Below, piece by piece: positions 46,767 to 63,639 of a stretch of DNA of 64,000 bases. Below the pieces are notes generated by a model. The model was not told where the DNA came from. It saw only the letters and a program-made list of their open reading frames with translations, and made no database searches. The translations under genes were made by a program, and so were the position numbers. Source of the stretch: Basidiobolus meristosporus CBS 931.73 (taxonomy: Eukaryota; Fungi; Basidiobolomycota); the NCBI GenBank assembly GCA_002104905.1, contig MCFE01000152.1, positions 62,001-126,000 of the forward strand. The letters are read 5' to 3'. Position 1 is the stretch's first letter; every line of letters starts with the position of its first letter.

Positions 46767-49700
46767 CTATTCTTTGGAGGCCAGGTGCCCGTTGTTCCTT
46801 TCGAACCAGTAGTCATTGGTAAACCTCCAAATCCTTGATCTCGTGTCCCGGTCTCGATCCTCAATAAACCATCGCGGGTGCCACTGGGCGCTTGGCGCAG
46901 GCCGTTTCTCGAGCTTCTGGTTTTCCAATCTACTCTTCTCTATCTGGCCATTTTCGAAGTATCTTATATCGTGCCGTAGCCTGGAGTCGGTGTCCGGCAG
47001 GTATGGGATTAACCCGATGGGCAGTTCGTTCAACGACATCATGAATGGGGAGATGATGCTCTGTTGACTCTCGACTCGCCAGAGTAGCCTCACACTAGGG
47101 TCGGCGGACGATAGGGTGCATGGACAGGTATCACTGGGGAAATCACTCAGCCGGTATTGGCTTAATGGCTTCACCTCCTCTTCGGTGTCTAGGCTGGAAA
47201 CCATCTCCCGAGCCACCAGGTACTCATTCCATTTGCCGTACATTTCCCAAGTAATCTTACTGTCAGCTGATGCAACATACCCCTCAACCACGTTCATCTC
47301 GCCTTGCAGGGTGTGGGGCTTGAATCGCAAGAGGCACATTTCATTGGTGGTGTGATTCCTTATGATCATCTCTCCATAATTCTCCACCTCCACAGCTCCC
47401 ATAATGAGATTGTGGATTTTGGTGGTGACTCTATTCCAGCTGTAGCGCTCTTCCCTTCTAGGCCTCGTGGGATGGCTCGCCTCGTCAGCAGCAGTGGGAA
47501 GTCTTAGGTAAAGATGATTGGTCCCTTCGGCAGAGACATCAACGGATTTCCCGCGAAATTTGCTCTTCAGTTCCAATTCCGAATGTAATTTGTAGTTGAC
47601 CGATTCGCAGTGGCTTGCAGAGATGGGCTGGTTCGCGAACGGAACAGGGAGTTGAGAAGGTGTCAACAGCACCACGAAGAGGAGAAAAACCACCTACCGG
47701 GTTTGTGCAAACCTGCTCGGACATATAGCGGTATCCCTTGTCTCGGTTTACGTATTCGTATGTTTCTCCCTGGGATGGCACGGATGGTAAGCACATGGAG
47801 TGGCATCCAAATTAACACTACTTACTAATAAAGGGTTGAATGGTTTTCGGAATCGTTTCTGGGTACTGGCGTAGCTGCTCATGGCGAATATCGTGACCCA
47901 GAGCAGACGCTCGGTAGAATCCTCTTGCGCGGCTGCCGTATCTAGAAGCTCACTGTATTCCATCTGCTCGGCAAATCTCTGCAACATCGACAGAGGCTCG
48001 TGTAGCTGAATGGGGAAGTTCATCCGATGGAGGTCCTTCACCATGGATCCTTTCATCACTGTCCACAGTGAGACGTCTTGGATATGGTAGAGTGGGATCG
48101 ACAGGAGTTGCCGAAATTGAGTTGGATATCCGCTACTCGACCGTAGAATAGACCTACTCAGATTCTGGTTGAAATCCTGGAGCGACCTGATCATCTCGGT
48201 GGTCAACCCGGAGTCTGTGGCATCGTAGAACTCCTCTTCCACCTCCCCGGACGCTTCCGGGCTGCTTTGGTGCTCCACATTTCCTAGCACACCTGTCAGA
48301 TCGGTATTTTCCGTACTTCTGAATACAGATTGTAACTGGTGGTTATCCGCGACCAACGCCCGGAAGCTCTCGGTCCAGATATCCAACTGCCGCACCTCCC
48401 GGCGATACTTCTTGGACCAATACATCTCCCTTTCCGAGGCCATCCGGATCACCTCGCTGATGTGCTTTCGAATCTTCTTGAACGAATTTCGCAACCACAC
48501 CTCGGTCTCTTTGTCCACGGGGCAATTCTTGTAGACCAAATCCATCCTGTCGCGATACCTTTCCCATTCGTTGAAAACACTGGAGACAGAGCAATGGTAC
48601 TCCTCTGTGGTTGGGAGGTCGAGCTCTTCATCGGAAGAGTAGGAGTAGGTGGAGTCCTGGGTGGAGACAGAAGAGGCCCTTTTACTTTGTTCCCGTACGC
48701 TTCCAGTGGAGGAGGATTCAGATGTCTCCGGTGTGCTAGGGGAATTGCTATCGACACCAAGCTCTCTTCTGTTGCTAGGGGCTGCATCTGGGTCCTTCAA
48801 GTTTCCTTCGTCCAAACGTTGTTTGGATTTTGTCAATGCCAATACCCATCTTTTCACTTCCATCGCATGGTCAGCGCGTAAGCGGTACTTGGCAGTCCCA
48901 GGGCCAATAACATCAAACCTGGTAAGGTCGTTCGGGTCTATCCATATCCTGGCAAAGCGGAGGTTGATCGCTCCTCTGCAGGAGTTCTCCGCCTCGTGGC
49001 GGCTCTTGTAGTAGGACAGAACCCCTAGAGAATCCGAAGCATCAGAGGGACATATTCATCTCTCTATGACATATGAGGAAGCCCACCGTTTTCCAAAATG
49101 AACCAGCGTCGCTTGTAGCCGGTCGTGAAGTTCATCCACTTCATCAGGGTGCCTGACAGTCGAGGATGGTGCCCAGGGGCGTGCGGGTTTGAATCATTCG
49201 GCACTAGGTATAGTGATGTGGTTAGGCCCAAGAACTGCCCAGCATCTATGGGCGACTCAGTAATCTCATACCTTCCTTCAACACCCCTTTGACACGGTCG
49301 CTTCTAGCCACATCGATGGGCAACTTGCCCATTCTATCTCTTGCAAACACATTCGCCCCCCTCTGCATCAACCAGACCACCAGGTCGGCATTTCCCAACC
49401 TGGCCGCCTCGTGTAGTGCGGTGGAACCGGTTCTGGGATCCTGAAGGTTGAGATCCACCAAGTTGCGCGTTCGATTGTTCTCGTAGAGCTTGGCTAAGCT
49501 GGCAAAATCCAGCTTCCTTACGAACTCGGCTACTCGTTGGTTAGTATAGCGTACAAACTCCTGCCTGTTTTCTGTGGAAAGCAGTGATGTTTCCGGTCAA
49601 TGGATTAGTATCCCGGAGATGAATGGATTGATGTTAGACGGCCGTGAGGGGCGCGTGATTGCTGCAAATACCTTCTATGCACTGGATGATCTCTGAACAG

Positions 49701-50182
49701 TTGGTCATGTCAATTGCTTGGTATCCGTCGTTGTTCAGGCATGTGTCATCGACCCTTGAGCAGTTCATTAACAAACGAACAATGTCAGGTCGGCAGGATT
49801 TGGCGGCCAGATGAAGTGGTGTGTTGCCATGCTGGTCTGGTTGGTTGATGTCTAGCCGAAATTCCGGATTCAACAGATACTCTATCATGGAGTATCCGCT
49901 GCTTCCGATGGCAACGTGAATTGGATAGATCTTATCCAAGCTGCCCTCGGCTCTGGACACTTGAAGTACCTTGGCGACTTTGACTCGATCGGCTGAAAAC
50001 AAGATTCGTCAAAACCTTATCTCGGCAGTAAAGAGGCGCTCCTTACCTTCCCGCAACGCCTCCAGCAACTGAAAGGTGAGTATAGCGTCATTGATGTCTG
50101 GGGCCTTTGTGACGGAATTGGCATCGCAATGCACCGATTGAATGTCCTCGTGCCTTGAGGAGTGTCTTGATCTTGCCGACAT
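46767..50182 (-). CDS. Oxysterol-binding protein-related, Osh1/Swh1-type (ankyrin, PH, ORD), multi-intron
   Basis: Ankyrin repeats (GNTPLHLAA, GSTALHEAA), PH domain (KWMNFTTGYKRRWF...LSYYK...CRGAINL) and ORD (EPLSMLQR, KPFNPLL|GETYEY, DSRLR). Exon ends are inferred. Confidence 0.9.
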
Positions 50183-52321
50183 TGTGGATGCAAATGTGTC
50201 GGTGGCAAAATGAAATCCTATCGAGGGCTCTTGACAGTGTACCGATGAAGCTTCGAGTTCGGCGAGATTCGCTCCAAGCACAATGAATGATATCCGCCTC
50301 GTGTAACTGTGATCAATGGGAGAGATGTGGTAAGGTAAGGTATGGTAATAAAGGAGTGCTGTGGAGGCCGGCACAATCAATTCAGTGGGCGAGTGAGTGA
50401 GAAGTTGGGACAAATACGTGAAACAGAGGTGTCCCAACCATACTTATGTGGAAATTTCAGGAGATGCTTGGCACTAGGCCCGCATCAAACCTGAAATTCG
50501 TGATCGTTCATTCAGCAAGTTCTAAATTCTAGGGCTAATTGCCAAATACGTAAGGTGTCAGAAATGACTGCTCTAACTTTAATCCCATACGACCGAGTGT
50601 GTCTTATTTCCCCATTCAACCCTTTTAGAAGCAAATTATAGCCAAACTCCACTTATATTATACTTGAATATGCTTGATTGCAATTGCCTTGCTCTCCCTA
50701 GCCCTGTTTGATTAGTCCACCGGAATTGATCAGCTGTATTTGAATCGTTGTCATTCTACTGACGGACCCAAGATGGCTAATCACCCACTCATTTGTCTAT
50801 ATTTTTCCCCATCGGAAGGATCACGGGGACTTCATTTACTCCAAGGACATGAACGTGCGTGCATACCAGTTTGCTCCTTACGAAAGATGTCAATGTACAC
50901 CTCCCTATACCTCTGAAACGTGCGAGGTCCAACAGGAATCTTGTCTAGTGAGCAGCGAGTTCTTGAGGCATTAACAAACACAAGGATATGTTGAAACCAC
51001 CAACCATCCCATTCTTGCATGGATACAGGAAGCATTCATATGAAATTGACGCATCAGTTCAAAGGAGTCAGGTGACAAGAGATCTGGAAATCGTCGCAGA
51101 CTGTGGCCAACTCAAGAGTCCAGCGATGGCCAGGAAAGGGAACCAGTCAACTGCAGGAGGGGCGTCTAGCCGCCCTAGGAGTGGAGGTGCCATAGCTCAA
51201 GATGTCTGCAGGCAATGCACAATCCTGTGAGTCGCCATCCCCTCACACTATACTATGAAGAGCATGAAATGGATGCGCACTTATCTGCTATCTCCTTTAT
51301 CTTATCAAGGGTTCCAGCCATCTCTTCGTATGGCGCCACTTGCCTCGATCCTGTTGGGATTTGGAAGCATCGCAGCCAAGCGTCAAGCTTCTTGGAGCCG
51401 CCTAATCTATCGACAATTGCCTGAGGTGTACTTATGCGGCTGCTGGCTGACCTCAGCAGGTTGGTGTCAAGTCAGAGAACGCAGGCTTAATCATCTCCCT
51501 CACATTGTAGCGGCTTCCACCTGATGTGGAACAAGGGATTGCTTTTGTTTAGCAACTCTTGCATCTGTGGAGTAACCCGAACTGTTCCCCAATAATGGAA
51601 GTTAATAAACCGTTAGGTATCAACAAATCCAAAATCACCGTGATGTCACTTCCGATGTGCACGGCTGGTCACATTCTCCCTACTTGGGCATCGCTGATTG
51701 GCCACACCCAAGACAATCCTGAGGCACTACCATCAAGTGTATAAAGGCTCATAGGTTGGAATAGACCCAACATGCGCTGCTAGATGCCTTTACGGGATAT
51801 CAGTGAACACCTTATGATATCACGCCAGTGGGATTCGCCAGCCACCTGGCTGCGATTGTGGCAAGGCATCCACATGTGCATAAATCCACAGTCGAACGAA
51901 GTCCTACCAGCTTGTCGGAATTGCTAGCATTCAGCACACCTGGTATCGGGAACGATGGATTTAAGGTTTGGGATGTTGGAACCCTAGCACATCATACCAT
52001 CCATAATCCAAGCCACCAACAATCATGCCCAAGGATGCGGTCCAAATCGACAAATTACTTGGAGCATACGAATTCCGATTGCTCGCCATGTCACCATCCA
52101 TAACCAGCGCTACCTCGGGCCGTGAGAATCAAGCTCTTCCATACAATGCACACTCGTCAATGTTCGTTGGGTACCCGAATGGCTGACGAATTTATTTAGA
52201 GATACAGTCCATAGGGACTAGCTTGATTAGTATGAACAGGGGAAGATGCGAGAGTCGCTAGACGCTCTTCAATTCTAAAAGGGATATAGTGCATGTCAGC
52301 AGTATGTGAACGATATATGAC

Positions 52322-52720
52322 CTAGTAGGCTGCTTGATCCGCAGCGATTGTACCCAAACAGCAGCATTCAGCGCATTGAATTGCCCCACAGCAAGCAAGA
52401 GTATAGCAAGGGCAACACAAGGGATTCTCGAAAGCACCACGGCAACACCACCAGGTCAATGCAAACACGATAATGATGAAGAGGGCAATGGCGATCCCAA
52501 TCACGATCCAGTGATACCCGTGCTGGGTGAAGCTGTTCTGGCGTTTCAAGAGGTGGCCATGGCTCTGTGCGGAAGAATCTATCTCGACGGAGTTCACCAC
52601 GAGAAAGATGAGGAGCAGAGTGGTGAATACTCCGGCGATGATCTTTCTCTTGTTGCCGCAAAGAAACTCCCATCGGCCACGAGATTTATGTTGGCAGCTG
52701 GAAGACTTCTCTATGTCCAT
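52322..52720 (-). CDS. Small membrane protein (132 aa): two hydrophobic helices, KR-Q site, Cys-rich tail
   Basis: Hydrophobic IIAGVFTTLLLIFLVV and WIVIGIAIALFIIIVFALTWW, LLKRQ between them, and tail CCRG...CCPC...CCG...CAECCC. Confidence 0.7.
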   Translation of the reverse strand: MDIEKSSSCQHKSRGRWEFLCGNKRKIIAGVFTTLLLIFLVVNSVEIDSSAQSHGHLLKRQNSFTQHGYHWIVIGIAIALFIIIVFALTWWCCRGAFENPLCCPCYTLACCGAIQCAECCCLGTIAADQAAY

Positions 52721-53084
52721 TTTGGAGATGTCTGGGAGTGTGACAGGTCTGTAAGGTATGGCGGAATTCATATTCTCGACTCAAAGATTTCTCTGCTGGC
52801 AATGGTTGGAAACGGCCATTCTTATATACCTTTGGATGGAGAGTGAAAAATGCTCATGATGTAACATGCTCTATACGTCATATGGTAAAATTTCCATATG
52901 GAGCAGGCACTATTTTTACCTCCATGAAACATCAATCAATTGATGTTGGAACCATTATTGAGCTGTAGACAATGGATTTATTTTGGACGCAACTCCTGTG
53001 CTGATGATACATCAAGGACCCTGATAATCATATTGTATCGGGGCCTATTGGAAATTGATTCCCAGTGAGAGGAATGGTTGGTGG

Positions 53085-56346
<3,262 letters not shown>

Positions 56347-59300
56347 TGTTGCGAGCTCGAACTGCTTGGGAGGGGAAGGGAATCTTTGGTATGTTCAGGA
56401 ATCTGAATTAAGCTAATCTATCAACTTCCTCTTGGCTGTCTTCGCTGCAGGTACTATTCACCCCTTGTAACGTTGCTGAAGGTCCTAAAATACCAATCGC
56501 AAATCTGATGAATTGATTTTCGATTTAATCCTTTCTTGTGATTTATTTCAGGAGTTAGCATTGTTCCTAATTCATGATTGATTACGACGATTATGGATTG
56601 CATGTATACTGCGAGTGATATCCTGACACCTTACCACTCCAGTCCAGGCGGTCTATGTTGTACTAAAGTAGATCAAGTAGAAACACCCTGAAATATCGTT
56701 GATAGGCCAGCTTTCCCACTACTGGGAAGTGGTTTAGAAACAAGAATAAACCATTGGCACCCATTTAGCGACGCACTGACTGGTTGCAGGGAATCTATAC
56801 TGCGAATCAGATAGGAAGCCAACGCTTGCTCAAGCAATTGAATGGATACAGCACTTGCTATTCTGAGCTCTCTTAGCAGTACCTCTTTCGCTCCACACCG
56901 CTATATGATCTCCACCCTATATAGCACCCATTTTCTCGTGTACTATCTATTTTTGCCTTGATGAGCCATCGTGTTTAGGATAGACAATTCCGCCCTGGAT
57001 CTCGAGCCAAATACCCACACTATTGTAATAAGCACTGTATATCAATCCACTGCCAAGCGCTGAACGACGGGGAATCCGCCAATGCAATCGAAGTAGCCAT
57101 ATAAATAAATAAGGCGGCATTCCTCAAACCTCAACCGACGCTGCCAGTGGATATGATATCATTGAGGCCGATAGCAAGAATTTACGAATCTCACCAACTC
57201 CCGTTGTTTTTCTCCCTATTTCTGGATAATATCCTGAGTCAGCCGGAAGGCCAAGCGAGACGCTTCCCTGATTTTAGATACACTGCTCCGATTAGATTAC
57301 TCAATCCACTCTGATCCAAATAACGAAGCCGTGGTGATCTGCGCATTGCCTCAACTCCAATGCCTCGACAGTCATCTTATCACGACAAAGGTTTGGCATC
57401 CAGCCTATCCATAATTTAGGTTCGACTCTGATTCCCTGTTTCGTCATTCCATTCCACCCACCATGTGGAGGAGCATCAGATTCAAGAGAGGGCCGCCCTT
57501 AATTACTCGACTGGTGTGACCTCACAATGACAATGCAAGATATGTTGACATAACTCGACTCCCAGTATCCCCATGAAATTGACATCAACACCAGTGGTCC
57601 CACTTGTGCCCATACGCTACAATAAACAAATCGGCTTCATACTCAGTCACTTCCTTTGGAAGGAAGCCACCAGATTACCAACATAGGATCCCAATGCCCA
57701 GGAACTAAGCATTCTTCGGGGAGGCATACACACTCTCTGCCTCTGGTCAAAGGGCTGGCGCTCCCTCCCTGCAGCAGGAAACGAGCGGATTGCTCACCTT
57801 GACGCCCACATTTGCAGTCCATCTAGAAAGGCTTGGAGTATCTCTGCCTCGTTGATAAAAGCACACTGGTTGTTCAAGACGCCCGTGAGACAGAGGCATC
57901 ACGATTGCAAGCGCGTGTTGGATTGGACTGAGTTGGTAAGGGGAGTACTCGGAATTATCCGAGATTATCATGATATGGCCAAATCACGACTCTGCTCTGC
58001 ATCAAGTGCCTTGCTTTGTTTGGGTTGGGAACCGATGGATGATATAATCGCTGACATGGTAGCACTAAAACCCCAACCGGCTGCGTTACATATACTCACT
58101 CCACTATACCTAATGCAACCACTGTGAGGATACGATGATGTAGTGTCTCAAGTATTAATACAACGTTATGATATGAGGCATGACAAATCGTACTACCGAG
58201 CACTGACGGTCCATTTCTGGAACAGCATATTGATCGCTGCGCAAATGTGGATCGGTGATTGTACTTCATGTGTGTCTGTGCCAATAAGTAGAGCGTTCAA
58301 ATGCTCTGCTTTATGTATTTTGACGGATGAGTAGGGATGAAGTCTGGGTCAGGCTTTCCAGGTGCAAGTGCTCTCGCATTTATTTCGTGTCGTTGGTGTA
58401 TAGAGATGAGGGGCTTACGGATCAAAGTACTTCCAACCCATATTGCAGGGTGCATTTCTCGTGTGACTCACTGGCTTGACTAAAACGGTGGTTGTGAAAC
58501 ATCAAACTTGGTTTGCTGATACTTTCGGTGATCTGTTGGCTGAATCCAATCTCATATCGCGTATGCGTGCGAGGGTGGGGATGGGGACATATACAGAGAG
58601 TAAAAAGAGTAGTAAAGCATCTCGTTATCGGCTCGATGCATGGATTTGGTGATGGGAGGACTGGTGGGATGATATGAGATCTACTTCCTCGTGACACCCT
58701 TCGGCCTCCTACTAATGTGCTAATGAATCAATTTGAAACTCAACCAGACACCCACCAGCGCTAATGTTCAAACCTATGATGTAAGCCCTACAGCATCAAT
58801 CCCTTACCCGAAAGTCGGCTGGGTAACATTGTGCGATAGAAAGAATTGAGCAGTCTACTCCTTCAAGGCTGCAACAGAACAGTGAGGAGAGCCAACATAG
58901 AGCCTAGCTAACTTGGTAACAACAACGAGAGAAGCTGCATCGTTAGGGATATGATGGGGTCAAGGGAAGTCTTGAATATTCTCTTTGGATGATCTTCGCT
59001 TTAGCATCATGCGTACAAGTCCCTCTTCCAGATCTGAATTTGAAAATTGAAACTTACCTGTTTAGGACTTTATCTACCCATCATGATTTCATCGTACTGC
59101 TAGCAGTATCTGGAATATTTTGGCTTTCTCGTCCACTCCGGTGAAACGAATGAGCTCATAAGCAGGCATTTCCCCGAGCCTCGTGATATCATTCGCGACC
59201 TCTAAAATATCTGCGATTCAACCGACTAAAATATTCTTCTGAATAGAGTGAGATTGATTAAGAGACGATAGGTAGGTAGCCCTCTCCCTACATATTCACA

Positions 59301-59671
59301 GAGACTAGGTCCCTTGTCAACGGCGTGTAACATATATTGCGTGGTGTCTCTCCAATTGGTATGTGTTATACAGAATTTAGAACACTCAACTTAATTCACT
59401 ACCATAATGGCATTTATACAGTCCTTTGAAATAGACAATGTTTAACAATACCTGGGTACTGTGGATTTGGTTGGACCAATAACTGTGACTTGTATCTACC
59501 ATCTTACCAATCCCTCCCTAGCAACCAGCCGAGTAAAAGGAATAGCAACTCTTCGCTAGCGGACAACTAGATTGCACTCACCATATAAATAGGCTCATTC
59601 CTCTCACCAACTTTCTTCAACTACTAGTTAGTTTTCTGTGACTATCTCCCATCACGGATTTCATCGCACAA

Positions 59672-60826
59672 ATGGCTACTACAGTGCCCTATGTAAAGGT
59701 TGAGAGCTCGGCCTATCAATTCCCATATGTCAACAATATCCTCAAGTCACAAAATCTCTTTGCCTCATCAGTTACCAGCATAGATTGTGACAAAGGTAAC
59801 GACAGTCCTGAAACATGTATATACTTCAGAGCGGTACTAACTCAACCCATCTTTCTAACCTCAGATGATAGTATAAAGACGAGTGTAACTTATGCACCAT
59901 TCAATAGCTCAACAGCCACTGCAAAGAAGCTGGATTTGGAGCCTAATCCATTTGAGCAAAGCTTCCTTGCATCCTCGAGTCCAGGTAACAACGGTGTTAC
60001 CGCAAGGAGTACGAACCTTCTACCACCTGTTTCATCACTTGAGAATCCTCAAAGCTCAGCTGAACTCGATTGGAACCAATCCTTAAGAGCAGGACCTCTA
60101 TCGCCCTCGATGTTGTTTGGTCCTCAACCAAGTGCCGCCAGGACTGCAATGAAACCTCAATCTTTCCTGACCAGTTCGACAGGCTATAGCGATATCTCTT
60201 CTACCCCATTAGTCTCCGGCGATTTCCATGGACCCGTGCAGGCATATCATGATGGCGCCTCTAGCAAGCTAGCTCGCCCGGTTGTTACTGGTTGGGCAGA
60301 ACCACTTGGGATTGACAGCAACAATATCCCAGGTTCAAACAAGCGCAAAAGCATCGACAGTAATATCTCCGATTGGAGCCCTGAGAGAGAGTTCTCCCGT
60401 CGTAGCAGTGTCGATGAAGTTGAATCCAAAGTGAAACCAGACATGACACCAGAGGAGAAACGTAAACTCTTCTTGGAACGAAACAGAAAGGCCGCACTCA
60501 AATGCCGCCAACGTAAGAAGCAATGGCTAAATAATCTTCAGATCAAGGTGGACTATTTATCTCAAGAAAATGAGTCTTTGCAGACACAAGCCACCTGCCT
60601 GCGAGAAGAAATCATCAATTTGAAGACACTCCTTCTTGCCCACAAGGATTGTCCAGTAGCACAAGCAAATGGGGTTATTGGGCTGGACAACCTTGTATCA
60701 ACACTTGGTAACCAAACCTTAGAAATTCAACGGAGTCTTTCTTCAATGGATTCATCAAGATCTGATGTTGCTTTAAACTCGGCCAGCCCAATAGGAATAA
60801 TCCCCAATACCATCATCAGATTCTAG
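59672..60826 (+). CDS. atf1: Atf1/Aft1-type bZIP transcription factor
   Basis: KLDLEPNPFEQSF (OSA-like), SLRAGPLSPSML (HRR-like) and bZIP EEKRKLFLERNRKAALKCRQRKKQWL...LLLAHKDCPV. Probable 69-nt intron at 59796-59864. Confidence 0.92.
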   Translation: MATTVPYVKVESSAYQFPYVNNILKSQNLFASSVTSIDCDKGNDSPETCIYFRAVLTQPIFLTSDDSIKTSVTYAPFNSSTATAKKLDLEPNPFEQSFLASSSPGNNGVTARSTNLLPPVSSLENPQSSAELDWNQSLRAGPLSPSMLFGPQPSAARTAMKPQSFLTSSTGYSDISSTPLVSGDFHGPVQAYHDGASSKLARPVVTGWAEPLGIDSNNIPGSNKRKSIDSNISDWSPEREFSRRSSVDEVESKVKPDMTPEEKRKLFLERNRKAALKCRQRKKQWLNNLQIKVDYLSQENESLQTQATCLREEIINLKTLLLAHKDCPVAQANGVIGLDNLVSTLGNQTLEIQRSLSSMDSSRSDVALNSASPIGIIPNTIIRF

Positions 60827-61579
60827 ATTGTGATACTTTTATCAGCCTGTAGATATATTTTGCCTTGATTGGTGCCAATGATCCTGCTTTTCTTATGTAT
60901 TTTGATTTATCTTACGAAGCATTGTAATTGTATTCTCCCTGTTTATCGAACCTTTGTGTGATTAAAATTTTGAATCTATATCATGGAAATGCACGGCGAA
61001 TTATAGAATCATCATCTTCCTGATCGCCATTATTTAATGCTCATCCTTACACGTACATTCATTGGTCTACGGCTGAAGGCTCAGAACCAATCATGAGAAA
61101 ATGAATCCATCGTCAGTTTTTTTTCTCCGGTGGCAATCCAGTATATATAAGGCCATAATTCTTGACATTTAGTTACTCACTCAAATTGCGTTCAAGCATT
61201 ATGTAAGGTATGGTACGATTTCATTCTATTTGTTATTTCCTGTTAAATTCCCCCACCAGATATAAGTTCTCCACTTTGGATGGGACTACGAACCAGGATA
61301 CATTGACATTCAATCATCTCGGGCACAACGCTGATGATATCATCATCGTTGCCGAGATGTTGATACAAGTATTTTTCACCTACATTGGCATTTGTGCTAA
61401 CTGATTTCTTTATCCAGGCCACACCCGTTCGATGATGTATATATACTAATTGTTGTAAATAAATTCACATGATTTAAAAAAACAAATCTCATTTGAAAGT
61501 TTTTTCAGTCGCGATGTCGAAAGTGTGATCGTGTAGAACGTCATGGTCTACGGGATTTGCATCTTCATTGTACAGACAA

Positions 61580-62890
61580 ATGGACGGAAATTCTCCTGAC
61601 GAAGTCGCGTTTCTCGAGGAGGCTTCCCCGCAGATATTGAAGGAGCAGGCGGTTGCTCTGTTGAAAGAAATTGAGCCCTACCAGGGGAAGATTGCTGGGA
61701 TAAGTAAATTAGAGCGAGGCATCGTTGCTGAGCTAAGCTACCTCGAAAAAGTAAGCTTCATCCGTTCGACACAGGGTATCGTCTATTCCAACCTTTTTAT
61801 ATTTGTGTAGACTCCTACCGACGAAATAGACCTAAACTGCACGAACTTGAAGTATTATTCGGCTATCGTAGAGACATTGAAGCATTCTTCCCGCCCAATT
61901 GCAGTTTTAAACGGGTATCGTTACTATCCCAAGCAAACCAAACATCTCCAGAAGGTGCTCGTCGATGTTGTTGCAGAGGACGGCCAAAAATGGATCAAAG
62001 TCAGCAAGCTTTATAAGCGTGGAGGCCACAAGTGCTCTGTAGAGTCCGATTATTCCGACTTTGAGGATCCTTGGCCTCACTCCAAAGATTCCCCACTTCT
62101 TCGATACGCAAGAAAGATGCTTGAAGCGTCGAGACAAAACCTACTCCACTTTAAGCCGCCAAAGATTGCATTTGTCAAGTATGAAGAGATTGAAGACTCT
62201 TTGACATTGTACTTGAGATCGGTGGGGATTCTCATAGAAGAGCCATACAAACCGACCTCGCGCACAAGCTTCATACCTGACCGCTACGAACACTATTGCA
62301 CAGAACTAAACCTGGATGTCACCTCCTTAATAGCACTGGTATCTGATTTGACGCACTCACTGACTCGTCCTATCGACCCACAGGTCTTCAAAGAGAAACC
62401 ACTAATGGATCAGGCAAGCCAGGAGCTGAGTGAACCCATACTACCAATGTTCACCAGATTATTTTATACACGTACACTGTACACTACCCGAAGTGCGTAC
62501 ACCAAGTTTTTCGAGTTAATCACTCTTATCGGTGGCGAGAGAGAAACCATCCGCGCAAATCAGATCTTCACCAAAGTGGCCATCCCGTACCAAGGCTCGA
62601 GTGAACTGTTTTGCAGTTGGAAACGGCTCGGGTTTTCTGAGGTTCCCTTTGTCTCAGTCATAGAGGATCAACCTAGCCCACGTTTTTCTGAGCTCTTCTC
62701 ACATCCCAACAGGCCCAAGAAGTTCACCGCATTGACGATGGCGGTGTTCGGTACCGGCGATCAGCTGAAGATGACCACTGTTACTGGAAAATCCTCGACA
62801 AGTCGTTCACTAGAACAGATCGAGTTGAAGAGCTGGAGTGTCTTTGAGCACAGTCCTCGAAGCCTTGTTGAGAAAAGATTGTCTTTATGA
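61580..62890 (+). CDS. DUF1308 (UPF0415/C7orf25-like) protein, one intron 61751-61810
   Basis: Motifs VDVVAEDGQKWIKVS, LNLDVTSLIALVSD, GTGD...TTVT and HSPRSL. A GTAAGC...TAG intron keeps the frame. Confidence 0.8.
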
Positions 62891-63306
62891 TAAGCATGGG
62901 TTTCTTCCAAAATAAATAGGTCTCACCCGTAGCCTGTTGCCAATGGATTTCCCAATTTTACATCTGCACAACTTCTTCCACCACCTTTCCAAAGCTTTAT
63001 AAAGCTATTCACTAAGGTTTGCCAAAAGTAACAAACCCCATTTATCCCTCAGCAAAGCAATATTTGTGAAGCAGCCTAAATCACACCAAGTCACCTCCAA
63101 GCTCTCTCAGGAATAGCTTGTTGTCAATGTTATGATCCAACTGTATGTGATATCTTTGGTGTGGCACCTATGCTGGTGGCTAGAAGTTGGGGATTTGCTT
63201 GCCTGCTACTAGTGACTGAGGTGTGTGGCAGTCGCTTTTTTCAGAGGTTTCATCAGGAATTAGAAGTGATATGGTAAACATGAGTGGCAAGTATGTTTAC
63301 ATGTGT

Positions 63307-63639
63307 TGTCAATTTCATAATTACACCTAAATATTCACTTGGTCACTTACATCATGGTCATCAAATCTTCGATAATCCTGCCCAAATTCCTTGTCGGGAT
63401 TTTGAATATTTTGACCAAAACATCAGGTACCTAGAACATGCAAAATTGTTAAGTTGTCCAAACAGCCCCAAACTTTGCACACATGTTCTTGGGACCTTCC
63501 TAAGCATATTCTACATGCTTATTTTTCCCAGACCACATAAAACTATAAATACTACTTCTACATTCAATAAATCATTAAGTGAAAACCACATAATCTACTT
63601 GTTCTCCCAATCACTTGCAATATCTCCAAAACTCTTACA
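63307..63639 (+). repeat. Copia solo LTR
   Basis: TGTCAA...CTTACA, homologous to 39762-40104. Confidence 0.8.

Noticed and set aside
50500-52300. Short ORFs between the OSBP and Cys-rich genes, and at 56.5-59.6 kb
   Set aside because: All are under ~95 aa, mutually overlapping and lack motifs. They are treated as intergenic.
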